From positions 88,455 through 152,454 of the forward strand of contig CAVRCJ010000017.1 of NCBI GenBank assembly GCA_963719515.1: DNA of 64,000 nt, in the 5' to 3' direction. Of the stretch, positions 50,726-62,832 are shown one piece after another. The position numbers and the translations under genes are program-made. The notes under the pieces were generated by a model. That model was given only the letters and a program-made list of their open reading frames with translations. It did no database searches and had not been told where the DNA came from. This DNA is from an uncultured cyanobacterium. Its GTDB lineage: Bacteria; Cyanobacteriota; Cyanobacteriia; CAKZMO01. Each line of letters opens with the position of its first letter. The first letter of the stretch is position 1.

Positions 50726-53700
50726 ATGCCACCCATTTCGTTCCCTCAGTCAGCAACAATAGCCCTCTGTCTTCTACTGACCGCTCCCTCTACTATTGCG
50801 GCCGTTTCTACATCTGCTCTTGCTCAGTCGCCGGATGCCGCGAGCTTTGAGCTGCCTGAGTCTGTAGCCGACAGTACGGTCGTTCGTATCGATGGCTCCG
50901 ACAGCATGAGGCGCATTAATCAAGCGCTGCAGCAGGGATTCGAAGCGGCTTACTCCGGCACGGAGGTCCAGGTCGCCTATTCCGGTACGGATGCTGCCCT
51001 GTCGGCCCTGGAAGCAGGAGATATCGATCTGGCGGCAATTGGTCGTCCCTTAACCGACGAAGAAAAAGCGCGGGGGCTCAGGGAAACTGTCGTTGAGCGT
51101 CATAAAATTGCGCTAATTGTCGGACCCGATAATACTTTTGACGGCAGTCTCACGACGGCCCAGTTCGCCCAGATCTTTCGGGGTGAAATTGAGGATTGGT
51201 CAGTGGTGGGTGGGGAACCCGGTGCGATTCGCCTAGTCGATCGCCCGGAAGACAGCGACACGCGGCAGGCGTTTCGGGGCTACCCGGTGTTTAAAGAGGC
51301 TCCATTCGAAGCAGGAGCCCAGACAGATGTTCGGCCTGAAGACAGTACTCAGGCTGTCATCGCGGCGCTAGGAGAAGATGGCTTGGGGTATGCGATCGCC
51401 GAGCAGGTGATAGATAACCCTAACGTCGCCATTTTGCCCATGCACAACACCCTGCCGGATGACCCCCGGTATCCCTTCTCCCAGCCCCTCACCTACGTTT
51501 ACAGCGCGTCTCCTACCCCTGCCGCCCGGTCATTTTTAGGGTATGCCACAGCGCCTATTAACGAGTCCGCGCTGGAGGCAGCCCGCGTTGAGGGAGCTCA
51601 AGCTTCTGTAGAGGGGTCTGAAGCGGCAGCAGGGGCGGCAGCGGGCAGCGGGACGGTGGCTCCCGATGGGGAAGCACTGGTGTGGCTGTCGTCCCCGGAG
51701 CGGTTACTGACGGCGCTGACAGTGATAGTGCCGCTGGCGATGCCGACAGTGATAATCCTGATGGTGCCGTCGTCACCGAGACCATTACCGACGACGCGAC
51801 GACCACTTTCCAGGACCCGGATGTCTCTGTCGAAGTGGAAGAAGACTCAAGCTTTCCCTGGTGGCTCCTGCTTCTACTGGGGATTCCGCTGCTGCTGTGG
51901 CTGCTGCTGCGACGTCGGCCTGATGCCGTTTCCCCTGCCACTCCGGTGGAAGATGACCCGACGATCGCCCCGACCCCTGTGCCAGGGACGCCTGTTCCGG
52001 AGGCTGACCCCGTCGGGTTGACTCCAGCGACAGCGCCTATTCCTCCAGCCGCGGTCGTGCCGGACCCAGCAGCCGATTCCTCACCTCCGGCAACACCTCC
52101 TGTCGCGGGGACTGCGGCTGGGCTAACGGCGGCTGGGATTGCGGCTGGAGCAGCTGGGGTAGCGGCCTCAAGGTCTACAGCACCCGTCACCGTTCCCCCT
52201 GTTGATGCAGTCCCCGTCGATGCAGTCCCCGTCACGCCCCCTATCGATGCAGTCCCCGTCACGCCCCCTATCGACGCGCCACCCATTACGCCCCCTGTTA
52301 ACGCGACTCCTGCTGGCGCAGCTTCTGCTGGTGTCCCCCCCATTGGTCTCGCAGCAGCAGACGACGCGACAAGTCTCTCTCTTTCTCCACAGCTGTCTAA
52401 CACGATTCAGGCAGACTGGACCCTCTCGCCTCAAGACCAGGCTGAGATTACAGCCCAGTCCGGCCCGCTGCTGCTGCGGCTCCATGATGCGACGCAGGTC
52501 TCCGATGGGGTCGGTCCCCTCGTCGGCGAATACCACTGCGACAAAAATAGCCGCAACCGGCAGATTCCGGTGGCCCACGGCGATCGCGACTACGCAGCTG
52601 AGCTAGGCTATCTCTCGGCAGAAGGGCAGTGGGTGCCGCTGGCTCGCTCTACCAAAACTCGTCTCGTCTCCCCGTCAACGGATGCCGTCACGGGAACCAT
52701 ACGTCCGGGGGGTCTCGGAACAGGGACGGTCGCGGCAGCGGCAGCGGCAGCGGCCATGGGCACCGCGAGCGTTGGGGCTCCGAACACTATGGCGGCGCAG
52801 GTGCCTGAGTCTGTCGAGGCCCAGAGCCGGCTAGCGCTGGTGGCCCAATCCCCAACGATGGGCTATGCCTACTGGCAGCTCTCACCTCAAGATAAGGCGG
52901 CGGTCGGCGGCAGTGCCTTGGAGCTGCGCTTATATGACGTTACGCCACTGGCTGATGCGTCACAGACCGAGACCTCCCCAGCAGTAACGACCGGAGAACT
53001 CATCAGCGCTAGCCCCTGCGACCTTCAAGCAGGCAATCACCAGGTCACCCTTCAGCCTGGAGGCGATCACCAGGCTGAGCTAGGCTACCTCCCCAATGCT
53101 GGGGATTGGGTACCGCTGGCGCAGTCGCCCATTGTTCGCGCGCCGCTCGGAGAAGCGACGGAGCCTGCTGGTCTAGAGAGAGAGGAAGTAGAAATTAATT
53201 TGCCAAATGCTCCTGTATTAGACGCAGACACATCTGATGCAGGCGTATTAGGCACAGACGCATCAGATACAGACGCATCAGATACAGACGCATCAGATAC
53301 AGACGCATCAGATACAGATACATCAGGTGTAGAGACCTCTGGCATAGAGACCTCTGGCATAGAGACCTCTGGCGTAGGTATAGCCGGTGCAGCCCTGACC
53401 AGTGCTGCCGCTATCGGTGGCGTAGCGGCAGCGGCAGCGGCGGCGGAGAGCACCATGACCTTTGGCCTGCTCGACGGCGAGGCGGCGATCGCCCAGTGGT
53501 CTATCTCCGATGCCGATCGGCGTCGCCTAGAAGGCGCTAGTCAGCTGGAGCTGCGGGTTCACGACGTCACGGCCATCGACCTCGATCATCAGGCTCCCCA
53601 CAGCACCCAGACCTACACCCTCAATCCCATGGCCCACGAGCAGCGGGTGACGGTGCCCGTAGGCGATCGCGACTATGTTGCTGAGCTGGGCTACCTCAAC

Positions 53701-54237
53701 GCGCAGCAGGGTTGGACAACCCTAGTCCGCTCCTCCCACATGTACATTCCCAGCAGCAGCCCAGCCGTCGTTCAACTTGGCCAGGTGGAAACCGATGGCC
53801 CCAGCGAGGACGCCGGCCTGCCGCCTTTGGACGGGCTGGCTGGCGGAGCGGCGGTGGCGGTAGGACTAGGCGCGGTGGCTCCTACCACGGTTCTCAGCAA
53901 GTCTACGGCTCCCCAAGTCAGCCAAATTATTTTGGTGCCCTCCGGCCCCCAAAGGGCTTATGCCTATTGGGAAATCTCCGAGGCCCAGCGGACGCTGCTC
54001 AAGGAGCAGGGCGGTCGCAGCCTGAAGCTACGGGTGCATGACGCCACTGGACTGGATATAGACTATCAGCCGCCTCACCATACGATGGAGTTTGACTGTC
54101 AAGAGAGCGATCGCGATCGTCACGTCGTCATTTCCACAGGCGATCGCGACTACATCGCTGAAGTGGGCTACGTCACCGACAGCGGAGACTGGCTGCGCAT
54201 TATTCGCTCTTTCCACACCTGGATTCCTGCGGGCTAG
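50726..54237 (+). CDS. PstS-like periplasmic binding domain + TM + four DUF4912-like domains; frameshifted near 51680
   Basis: RIDGSDSM, IDLAAIGRPL, IFRGEIEDWS, YPFSQPL; then WWLLLLLGIPLLLWLLLRRR and four copies of W..S...LR(L/V)(H/Y)D.T...E(L/V)GY....W....S. Confidence 0.75.
53254..53373 (+). repeat. Two adjacent 15-bp coding tandem arrays (TDASD x4-5, (V/I)ETSG x3)
   Basis: ACAGACGCATCAGAT x4 plus one variant, then RTAGAGACCTCTGGC x3. Confidence 0.92.
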
Positions 54238-54270
54238 TCCGCCATCGCTTACCCAATTTGATACCTCACT

Positions 54271-54783
54271 ATGAGCCTATTCTTCGACCTGCTTTGCGCC
54301 ATCAACAGCCCCAATCAGCGGGCCAGCTTTAGCCAGATGCGGACCATCGCTGACGCCCTCGACGCCATTGCTCAGCAGCATGGAATCACCCCAAACGATT
54401 TACAGCGATCGCTCTCTGTTATCGGTCCTTACCTGAGCGCCGTGCTGCTGCAGCAGATGGGAATTTTACAGCGTCCCGCCGACGGCATTGTCCATCAGCT
54501 CGCGGAGGCTGAAACAATAGCATCGGTCCACGATATTATTCCCCCCAGCGTTTACAGCGAGATGAGCAGCGCGATCGCGGCTCAAACGGCGCTGTCGGAT
54601 GAAACCGCAAAAATTCTCTTGCCAATGCTGGTTCCCACGGTGATGCATCTGCTCGACTTGGGAGCCCAAAACGGCGTCAACAATGGCAACCTCCTGGTTT
54701 CTCGCTTTCTCAACGGCGGTGACGCAGCTCTGGGAGAGGTTGCCTATTTTGTTCGCCGTTCGGTAGATGTCCCAGCGGCGTAA
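54271..54783 (+). CDS. DUF937-like helical protein
   Basis: MSLFFDLLCAINSPNQRAS start; LLPMLVPTVMHLLDLGA..N.LVSRFL. Confidence 0.6.
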   Translation: MSLFFDLLCAINSPNQRASFSQMRTIADALDAIAQQHGITPNDLQRSLSVIGPYLSAVLLQQMGILQRPADGIVHQLAEAETIASVHDIIPPSVYSEMSSAIAAQTALSDETAKILLPMLVPTVMHLLDLGAQNGVNNGNLLVSRFLNGGDAALGEVAYFVRRSVDVPAA

Positions 54784-54811
54784 CGGTCTATCCTCTAGCT
54801 ATGCCGTTTTG

Positions 54812-57800
54812 CTATGCTGCCATCGGATCTTCGCCGACGGGGAATAAAGGTGCAACGGGCTCGGCCATCGGCGTATCGTCAAAGGGATCGCTGCCTCGCT
54901 CTGAGGTCATCGCTCCTACCGGTGATTCAAACAGTTTGACGTTGCGGAATTCGCTGGTGGCGTCCGCCACTCCGCCGTCAATGTTTAACAGCGACACGTG
55001 ATCGTAGTCCCCAGTGATGTGCTGACCCACGGCAATATCTAGGGTCTGCCAGTCACTGCCGCTCACTTGGTCTGACAGATCTTCTGCTACCGCCCAGTCT
55101 TCCGTCCCCGACAGCTTGAACATATTTGGGCGATCGCTCTCGCTGATGAACACGTCTTTGTCGAAGGCGATCGCCTGAATAGCGCCTTCGACTCCGCGCC
55201 GGAATTCGAGCTGCATCATGGTGTCGGGGGTGATGGTGTAGTCGAGGTCGATGGCCTTGAGGGTGTTGCCGCTAAGGCTGATGGGTGAACCGGTCAGCTG
55301 GACGGGGTCGGGGTTGCTAGCGGGAAGGCCGGGGTTGGGGCCAATGCCGCCACCGGTCATGTCACCCCCTGCCATATCGCCACCAGTCATGCCACCATCG
55401 GTCATGTCACCGCCTGCCACATCACCGCCGGTCATATCGCCATTCCCGGCGTTAGGTTCAGGGGTCGGGGATGCTGGGATGCTGGGGGAATCAGTCGCGT
55501 CTGGAGCTTCTGGTGCTGGAGCTTCGGGAGCCTGAGCCTCAGGAGGCTCTGGGGCAGGAGACTCCGGGCCAGGACCGTCTACCGGAGTAAACTCAACGTA
55601 GTCGACCCGAGCGTGCTCAAAGCTTTGCTCTTGACCCAGCAGCTCAAACTCATCGCCAGACTGCAGGGCAACCTCGGTCGCTACGGTGCGCTGCACCTGA
55701 TTGTTGTCGCTGACGGCGACACTGCCCAAGTTCTCCGTAAGCTGCCATGCGTCTAAAGACTCGCCGTTGACCCGTGCCTCTAGACCCGCCGCACCATCGG
55801 ACTCATCAACGTAAGAAACGACGACGTTGTAGATCCCCGTAGGGCCTTCAAAAGTTTGACGGGCTACACCGCTTTCATCTTGGGCACCGCCTACGAAGCT
55901 GATCAGCTGCTTGCCCGAAACCTGGTCATTCTCTTCGATGCGATACCCCTCTAGGGTCATCTCTTCCGCTTCGATGCGAATGGGATTTACCTGACCCTCC
56001 GGCATTAGGCCAGCATCAGAGTCGATATCAGAGCCGTCGCCATTCTGGGAAGGCTCAGCAGGGATACCTTCGCCCTCGGCGTCAAGGTCGCTCTCATCGG
56101 GTACCTCAGCGCCCATGTCTTCGGGCGTATCGTCTACCGCTTCATCCGCTGGCTTGTCCATTGCCTCGTCCGCTGCTCGTCCGCTGGTTCATCCACCGGC
56201 TCACTCGTCGGCTCATCCACCAGCTCGTCGATTGGCTCTTCTACCGGCTCATCCACCGGCTCGTCCAAAGCATCGTCGGGCGCGTCCGGTATCGGAGCAG
56301 GGTCGGCCATCGGTGGGCTCGACTCCGGCGCTACTCCGGTGGCCTCCAAGATGTCTTGAACCGCGTTGAACTTAGGGGTGCTGTCTTGGTACAGGCTTTC
56401 GCGGATGCCCCAGCTCCCGTACCGATTGGCCTTGTAGATGTCGCTGAAATTGGCGAAGACGCCATCTTCGCTGACCGCTTGCCAGTTCTCGAAGTACTGC
56501 TTGTAGGCATCGCCAATGCGAGGATCGCGGTTGGCCTTAATGAGCAGATTCGTAACCGCGCTATTGTTCTCAACGCCGCTGTGGCCGACCAGATGCTGTC
56601 CCCCTTCATAGGCCACTAGATCCAGACCTGCTTTATCGGCTAGGTTGGCGTAGTTCTGCATCCAGTCTTTTGACAGCTGCAAAGCTCCGCCCTCTGGGCC
56701 CCCGTTCAGCACGCCGCCCTGGGTAACTTCCTTAAACAGCTTTCCCAGACCTCCGTCAGCATCGCGGGTCCAGCTTTGCACTTGGGACTGATGCTGGGGG
56801 CTACCGATATAGCCGCCAAAATAAGGGGCGATCGCGATCGCATCGATGCCTAGCGCCTCGTAGGACTGGCCCGTAGACCGCAGCGCTTCTAGAGACTTCT
56901 CCGCCGTAAAGGGATTCGCGGCTTGAGCACCCAGGACGCCTACAACCCGCGCCTTGTCGTTGCCAAAGACATCGTCCCAAATCTGGGTGATCTGTCCGGT
57001 GCGCTGGCCGTGCCACTTTTGTCCCCGCTCATAATCGCTACCCGACGAGAAAGCTTTTTTGCCCTGCTCTCTGGCATAGCGGGCCTGCTCAAACTGGCCG
57101 TTCCACACCTCGTTGGAAAATTCTACGTACACCTTGCGGTCAGGGTCGAGGTTTTCCTTGACGTACTGAGCAAAGCTGCGCACGTAGTCGTCGGTGGCTT
57201 TGTGGGGCAGGGTGAACCAGGGGTCAATGCCTGTTTCGTTCGCCAGCTCCACCATCACCTCTACGGGCACCCCTTCTCCAACGTAGTCGGCGTCATCGGC
57301 TTCAGGGCGGCTCCCCCAGCGTCCCTGGTCGGAGTGATTGGTGTCCATCCAGTCCATGAACCGCAGAGTTTGGTAGCCCTCTAGGCTTTCCAGGAAGTCG
57401 GGGTTGAAGGTCTGGGAACCCGCGATCGCCTCAAATTCTTCAGGAATGACGCGAATGTTGCGCAGATAGTCACCGCTGCCGTTGGGATCAGTGTCAGTGA
57501 TTCGCAGGTTGAGACTCTCTCCTGGCTTGGTGCTAAAGACGTCGCGCCCCGGCTTAGAAGCCGCATTATCTTTGCGAGCCCCATCTAGGTATTGAATGGT
57601 GCCCTCACCTTCGTAGAGCACAACAAACCGTCGGCCTTGGTTGTCATTGGGCAACAGAGTGCCAACGCTAGTAAACTGTCCGCCGTCGAGGGACGTTACC
57701 CAGCCGTCGCCGTCAAGCTGGAGCTTGTTGCTCTCGTTTGTATTCCAGGTACTGTCGGTGTGGGTAATCCAATCGCGGGAGCTTTTGAAATAGTCGAGGA

Positions 57801-57876
57801 ATGGGTACTGCGTCGACCAGTCAGCAATGCCCGTCAGGTTAGTGCCTAGAAAAGTGCTTTGAGCTGCGGATGCCAT
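54812..57876 (-). CDS. Putative glycoside-hydrolase-like ('cellulose-binding domain') protein with an acidic linker and CBM-like modules; frameshifted near 56170
   Basis: DWSTQYPF, LRFMDW, PVEVMVELANE, VYVEFSNEVWN, AYEGGQH; DEP(V/A) repeats span the ORF junction; IRIEAEEMTLEGYRIE CBM6/35-like module; GGDMT 15-bp repeats. Confidence 0.7.
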
Positions 57877-58709
57877 GGAAGGTTGTCTCCAAAAAAGTTT
57901 AAGCGTGTCGTCAGCCTCTGTGCAGCTAGCGGGACATATCTCTGCGCCCTCGGCTTAAGGCTGATTGGATAGAAGGTAAATGACACCGTCAGCGCTGCTC
58001 ATATTGCGCAGCGCTCTGACCTAGCTCAGAATCAATGGGGGCGGCCACCGGTTTAGACGCAGGGTGGCCGCCGAGAGCTAATCGGACCTACCCGCGCCGG
58101 ATTCACAAGAATCAGACAGCGCAGGGCAGAAAAAGTCTTGCGGTTCACGCGTCTCATGGTTTGACGTGAACCAGCATGGAGTTATCGCCTCAGGGCGAAA
58201 GACAACGTCGGTAGTGCTAGTTCCGAAGGTGTGGCTGAGCTAATTGGCTATTCTGGCCCAAAATTCGCTCTCACCCCCTGACAAGAGATTTGACGGGTGC
58301 CTTTTCGTAAAGTTCCGTCCCGGTTGGCCTAGAGAAGGGCCAACTGTTAGGGTGCCGCGCCCCAAGCCAGTGAATACCGAAGGGTTTGGGCAATTTGCGC
58401 TCTAGGTCCAGGCTCCGGTCTAGGTGGCGCAACCCCAACGTTGCGGCTGAGCGGCACCATCACCATACAGCGCCAAAAGCCTCACTCAGCCTGGGTTATC
58501 GCGCCGCGAAACAGCGACTTCAGTGTCTTTGATGCACCACGAGCCTGTGGCCCGACCTCTAATTTTGTTCCCCTCACATATAAATTTTCTGCAAAGGAGA
58601 GATTTTGTTTCCTTACGTGGAAACAGCTATTCCGTAGAAGTAACCAGAAAAAAATCATAAAGATTTTCTATTGACCTCTCAATGAAAATGTCTCAAGTGG
58701 ACTCTCATC

Positions 58710-59690
58710 ATGGAAAACCCTACATTCGCCTTTATCACACCTAGCTACGCGCCAGATTTTCAAAGATGCAAGCTGCTGTGCTGGACCATCAAGAAGTTTG
58801 TGTCTCCTTCGGTAAAACACTACATCATCGTCGATAGGCAAGATGCCAAGCTCTTTCAGGCGCTGGCCGATGCTAACACAGAGATTTTGGTGAAAGAAGA
58901 GATTCTTCCGGCCTGGATTAAGCGGATTCCCTTTTCGGCAAAGAAAAACGTTTGGCTCAACCTCAAGGGTTTCAGCTCAGGCAGCTGGATCATTAGAGGC
59001 TGGCTAATTCAGCAAATTATAAAGCTGGCCGCTGCTCAGTACACCGAGGAGGATATTCTGCTATTTGTCGATTCGGACGTTGCTTTTATAGACGACTTTG
59101 ACGCCCACGAGCTGCTTAAAGCGGAGGAAGATAAGGTCCGTCTGTTCCGGGTCCGTGACGCTGCTGAAATAGAGAACAAAGTTACCCTCAAGTGGAAGAA
59201 AACTGCAAAAACTCTTTTGGGACTGCCGGCGAAAAACAGCTACCACGACAACTACATCAGCCAAATCGTAACCTGGAGACGCGACAACCTAGTTCAGCTC
59301 TACAAAACTATTGAAGAGCAGTCTGGCAAAGGCTGGATAGAAACCGTGTCTCAGGCTAAAGACCTCTCAGAGTACGTGCTCTACGGACTATTTGCGAGCT
59401 ATATTTTGCAGGATCGCTCTGGACACTACGACGATCACCAGCAGAAGGTGTGCTACTGCTACTGGGAGGAAAAAATGATGTCAGACCAGCAGCTAAGCGC
59501 ATTTTTCCAAAAGGCGATCGCCTCTCATCACAAATCCGTGATGATATCGGCAAAGAGTCCTATCGCGCTATCTATCCCTAAGTTTCAGCACCTGGTTGAG
59601 TTCTGTAGAGCTGCTCACTTACGTGGCGGCAGTATTCCCCATACTGAGGCGAGTTGCGAAACGCCTGCGATCGCGGATAGGGTTCTCTAA
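58710..59690 (+). CDS. DUF6492-like putative glycosyltransferase
   Basis: ITPSYAPDFQRC, HYIIVD, RGWLIQQIIKL, VDSDV (DxD), SEYVLYG; visibly more AT-rich than its neighbours. Confidence 0.7.
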   Translation: MENPTFAFITPSYAPDFQRCKLLCWTIKKFVSPSVKHYIIVDRQDAKLFQALADANTEILVKEEILPAWIKRIPFSAKKNVWLNLKGFSSGSWIIRGWLIQQIIKLAAAQYTEEDILLFVDSDVAFIDDFDAHELLKAEEDKVRLFRVRDAAEIENKVTLKWKKTAKTLLGLPAKNSYHDNYISQIVTWRRDNLVQLYKTIEEQSGKGWIETVSQAKDLSEYVLYGLFASYILQDRSGHYDDHQQKVCYCYWEEKMMSDQQLSAFFQKAIASHHKSVMISAKSPIALSIPKFQHLVEFCRAAHLRGGSIPHTEASCETPAIADRVL

Positions 59691-60381
59691 TCGGGATCGT
59701 AGCCACGACCCGACCCGGATTTGCCGCCATCACCACCACCCGAGTAGAGAGGTACACCGCTTCGTAGATGCTGTGGGTGACAAACAGCACCGTCCAGCGC
59801 TGCGCCTGCCACAGCTTCAGCAGCTCGTCGTTGAGCTGACTGCGGGTGATTTCATCTAGTGCCCCAAACGGCTCGTCCAGCAAAAGCACGTCGGGCTGCG
59901 TGACCAATGCTCTAGCGATCGACACCCGCATCTTCATCCCCCCCGACAGCTGCCGGGGATAGGCCCGCTCAAAGCCAGTCAAGTTGACGAGGGCGATCGC
60001 CTCACTAATGCGCTGGTTGGCGGCGTTGTGGGGCAGACGGGCCAGCTTCAGGGGCAGCCGAATGTTCTCCCAGGCGGTGAGCCAGGGCAGCAGCGAAGCA
60101 TCTTGAAACACGTAGGCCAGACGCCGGTTAGCGGGGCTGAGGGACCAGTCGACGGTGCCTGACGAGAGCGAGCTAAGGCCGGAAATCAGCTTCAGCACGG
60201 TGCTTTTACCGCAGCCGGAGGGACCTAGAAGGCTGACAAATTGAAGCTCCCCCACCGCGAGATCTAAGTCCTGTAGCGCTACGGTCCCGTTGGTATAAAC
60301 CTTGCTCACCTGCCGCAGGGCAATTGCCGCCTGCTTGGTCGACCTGTAGTTTGCCGGGGCGGGTTCAGCTGGCGTAGGCAT
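59578..60381 (-). CDS. NitT/TauT-family ABC transporter ATP-binding protein
   Basis: GPSGCGKST, VFQDASLLPW, LSGGMKMRVSIARAL, LLDEPFGALD, FVTH. Confidence 0.93.
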   Translation of the reverse strand: MPTPAEPAPANYRSTKQAAIALRQVSKVYTNGTVALQDLDLAVGELQFVSLLGPSGCGKSTVLKLISGLSSLSSGTVDWSLSPANRRLAYVFQDASLLPWLTAWENIRLPLKLARLPHNAANQRISEAIALVNLTGFERAYPRQLSGGMKMRVSIARALVTQPDVLLLDEPFGALDEITRSQLNDELLKLWQAQRWTVLFVTHSIYEAVYLSTRVVVMAANPGRVVATIPIREPYPRSQAFRNSPQYGEYCRHVSEQLYRTQPGAET

Positions 60382-61468
60382 CAGCCCCTTTATTGACGAA
60401 CTCTAGACTATAGGCTTGGGTATAGTCCGTGTCGGCGCTGAATACCCCCGTCTCTACCATCGTGTCGAAAAAGGCCTGCCAGCGCCCATCCGTCATTGCG
60501 CCGATGCCCAGAGTCTCAGCATCTCCGGAGGTGACGATGCCGTTCTCCTGCATCTTCTCAAGGCTATAGGCCAGCTGCTCGTCCGTCATCTCCGGATTGT
60601 CCTGCTTGATCAGGGCATTACCCGGCTCTGGGTTCTCAAGGTAGCTGTACCACCCGGCAATAGACGCATCGACGAACCGCTGCACTAAGTCGGGATTGCT
60701 CTCCACCCGCTCTGTCGTCGTTTCAATAGTCGTGGCGTACGCCGTGTAGCCTTCGTCTGCCAGCAGAAATACCACTGGGTCAAATCCCCCCTCGGTTTTG
60801 ATTTGCAGCGGCTCTGAGGAGAGGTAGCCCTGCTGCGCCGACTGCAGATCGGCCGAAAAATGGCCCTAGGTTGAAGTTAGGGCCGCCGTTGGTCATCTGT
60901 AAAGCCGTACTTCGCCGCTAGAAAGGGCCAGTACGTGGTGGTGGAAGCGGCAGAGACGTAGATAGGACGACCCTTCAAATCGGCTAGGGACTCGACCCCG
61001 GTGTCGGGATGGGCCACCAAAATCTGGGGATCTTTTTGAAAAATAGCGGCCACCGTCACCTTGGGAATGCCTTCTTCAACGGCCTTGATAGCCGCCGCCG
61101 TATATCCCATAAAGAAGTCAACGGCACCGCCCATCAGCAGCTGTGTGCCGTTGACCTGTGGGCCCCCCATCGCGATGGTGACCTCTAGGCCGTAGTCCTC
61201 GTAGATACCGGTGGCGATCGCCTGATAAAACCCACCGTGCTCAGCCTGGGCGTACCAGTTGGTGCCGAAGGTCAGTTTATCGAGGTCTGCGCTCGCGTTT
61301 GCCGAGCCTTCTGAACTTGTATCCTCTGAATCTGCGCCTCCTGAATCCGCATCCTCCTGGGACGGATTACAGGCCGCCAATAGTCCTGTTCCTAAAGCGA
61401 TCGCGCCGTACTTAACGAACCGGCGACGGTCAACATGTCCAGGTTTGCGGATACCAGAGCTGGGTCAT
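60365..61468 (-). CDS. NMT1/THI5-like ABC substrate-binding lipoprotein (frameshifted, probably by sequence error)
   Basis: RRRFVK Tat-like motif and LAAC lipobox, TNWYAQAEHGGFYQA, QQGYLSSEP, DEGY..YATTI, spread over several frames. Confidence 0.8.
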
Positions 61469-61524
61469 AGGGCTGTTTCACCGGAGTAGATCGTTCTCGC
61501 TAACCACCGTTATACCTCAAAGTT

Positions 61525-62503
61525 CTAGACGACAGCTGCTGCTGGCGCATGCTCAGTAACCCAGGCAATGACCTGCTGGCCGAGCTGGGTTTGGTTGAGG
61601 CGATCGGCCTCGCGAATTCCCGTAGGACTGGTAACGTTGACCTCCGTTAGATAGCCACCGATGACGTCTATCCCCACAAAAATCAGGCCGTCCTGCCGCA
61701 GGCTGGGGGCTACGATATCGCAGATTTGGCGATCGCGCTCGGTAATCTCGACCGCCGCCACCCGCCCTCCAACGGCCATGTTGCCGCGAAACTCACTTCC
61801 CGTGGGAATGCGGTTGATGGCTCCAAGGGGGGTGCCGTGCAGCATGATAATGCGCTTGTCGCCGTCTTTGGCGGCGGGCAGATATTGCTGCACCATAATC
61901 GGCAGCTGGTTGTACTGGGTGCTCACCTCCACTAGGGAGTTGAAGTTGCGATCGCCTGCCTCAATCAAGAAAATGCCTTCCCCCCCTTTACCGCCCAGCG
62001 GTTTCAGCACTGCCGTCCCGTGCCGCTCGACAAACTCGCGAATGACGGCCTTATCCTGGCTCACCAGGGTGTTAGGAATGGCGTCTGGGAACTGCAGCGC
62101 AGTACATCTTCTCGTTGGCCAGCCTCAGGCCGTTGGGATGGTTGACCAGCAGAGTTTTACCGGGATTGACGTAGTCGAGGATGTAGGTGGCGTAGAGATA
62201 GGCGGTGTCGACGGGCGGGTCGATACGCATGAACACAACGTCGAATGACTCTAGCGGCACAGCGGTGCGATCGCCCAACTGATATCAGGGCTGGGCACAA
62301 TCCAGCGCCCCTCAACTAGGGCAACCGGCGTCAGCTGCACGGCCTGTGCCTTGGCCCAGGCGCGCCCTTCGTCAACCCAAAGTCCGCCAATCTCTGTCAC
62401 AAAAACCTCATGACCCATCAGCTGCGCCGCTTCCATCAGCGCCACGGCTGTCATGTCCCGGATCAAGCCGACCTATCGGGTCGATGATAAACGCAAATTT
62501 CAC
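61525..62503 (-). CDS. gshB: Glutathione synthetase (frameshifted, probably by sequence error)
   Basis: GTG-KFAFIIDP start, VFMRIDPPVD..YLYAT, ANEKMY, KPLGGKGG, GDKRI, FRGNMAVGG, EVNVTSPTG, spread over several frames. Confidence 0.88.
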
Positions 62504-62578
62504 CCTGTTGGTCCTGTAGTTTTACGGTTCGCTCGGGCTTCTGTTTGAGAAGCGGTAGAAAACGCTCGGCTTCAAGCC

Positions 62579-62832
62579 TTAGGCTAACAGCGGATCCAGC
62601 TTACTCTGCTGTTCGAGGCGATAGATCTGGTCACAGCCGCCAATGTGCTGATCGTCGATGAAGATCTGGGGAACCGACCGCCGTCCGTTGGCCCGCTGGG
62701 CCATCTCGCTGCGCATCCCCTCATCGAATCAAGTACATCAGTATAGTCAAGATCTTTGTCATCTAACAGCGCTTTGGCACGTAGGCAAAAGGGACACATG
62801 CTCCAGGTATAAATTTCGATCTTTGCTGCCAT
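62579..62832 (-). CDS. grxC: Glutaredoxin 3 (frameshifted, probably by sequence error)
   Basis: MAAKIEIYTWSMCPFC, then in another frame SVPQIFIDDQHIGGCD..KLDPLLA*; directly upstream of gshB. Confidence 0.88.

Noticed and set aside
58260..58400. c-di-AMP, c-di-GMP or glutamine riboswitch
   Set aside because: Only short fragments (TTGGGGCG, ACCCGTCA, GTTGGCCC) resemble the consensus; full motif order is not satisfied, so it is kept only as an unassigned structured region
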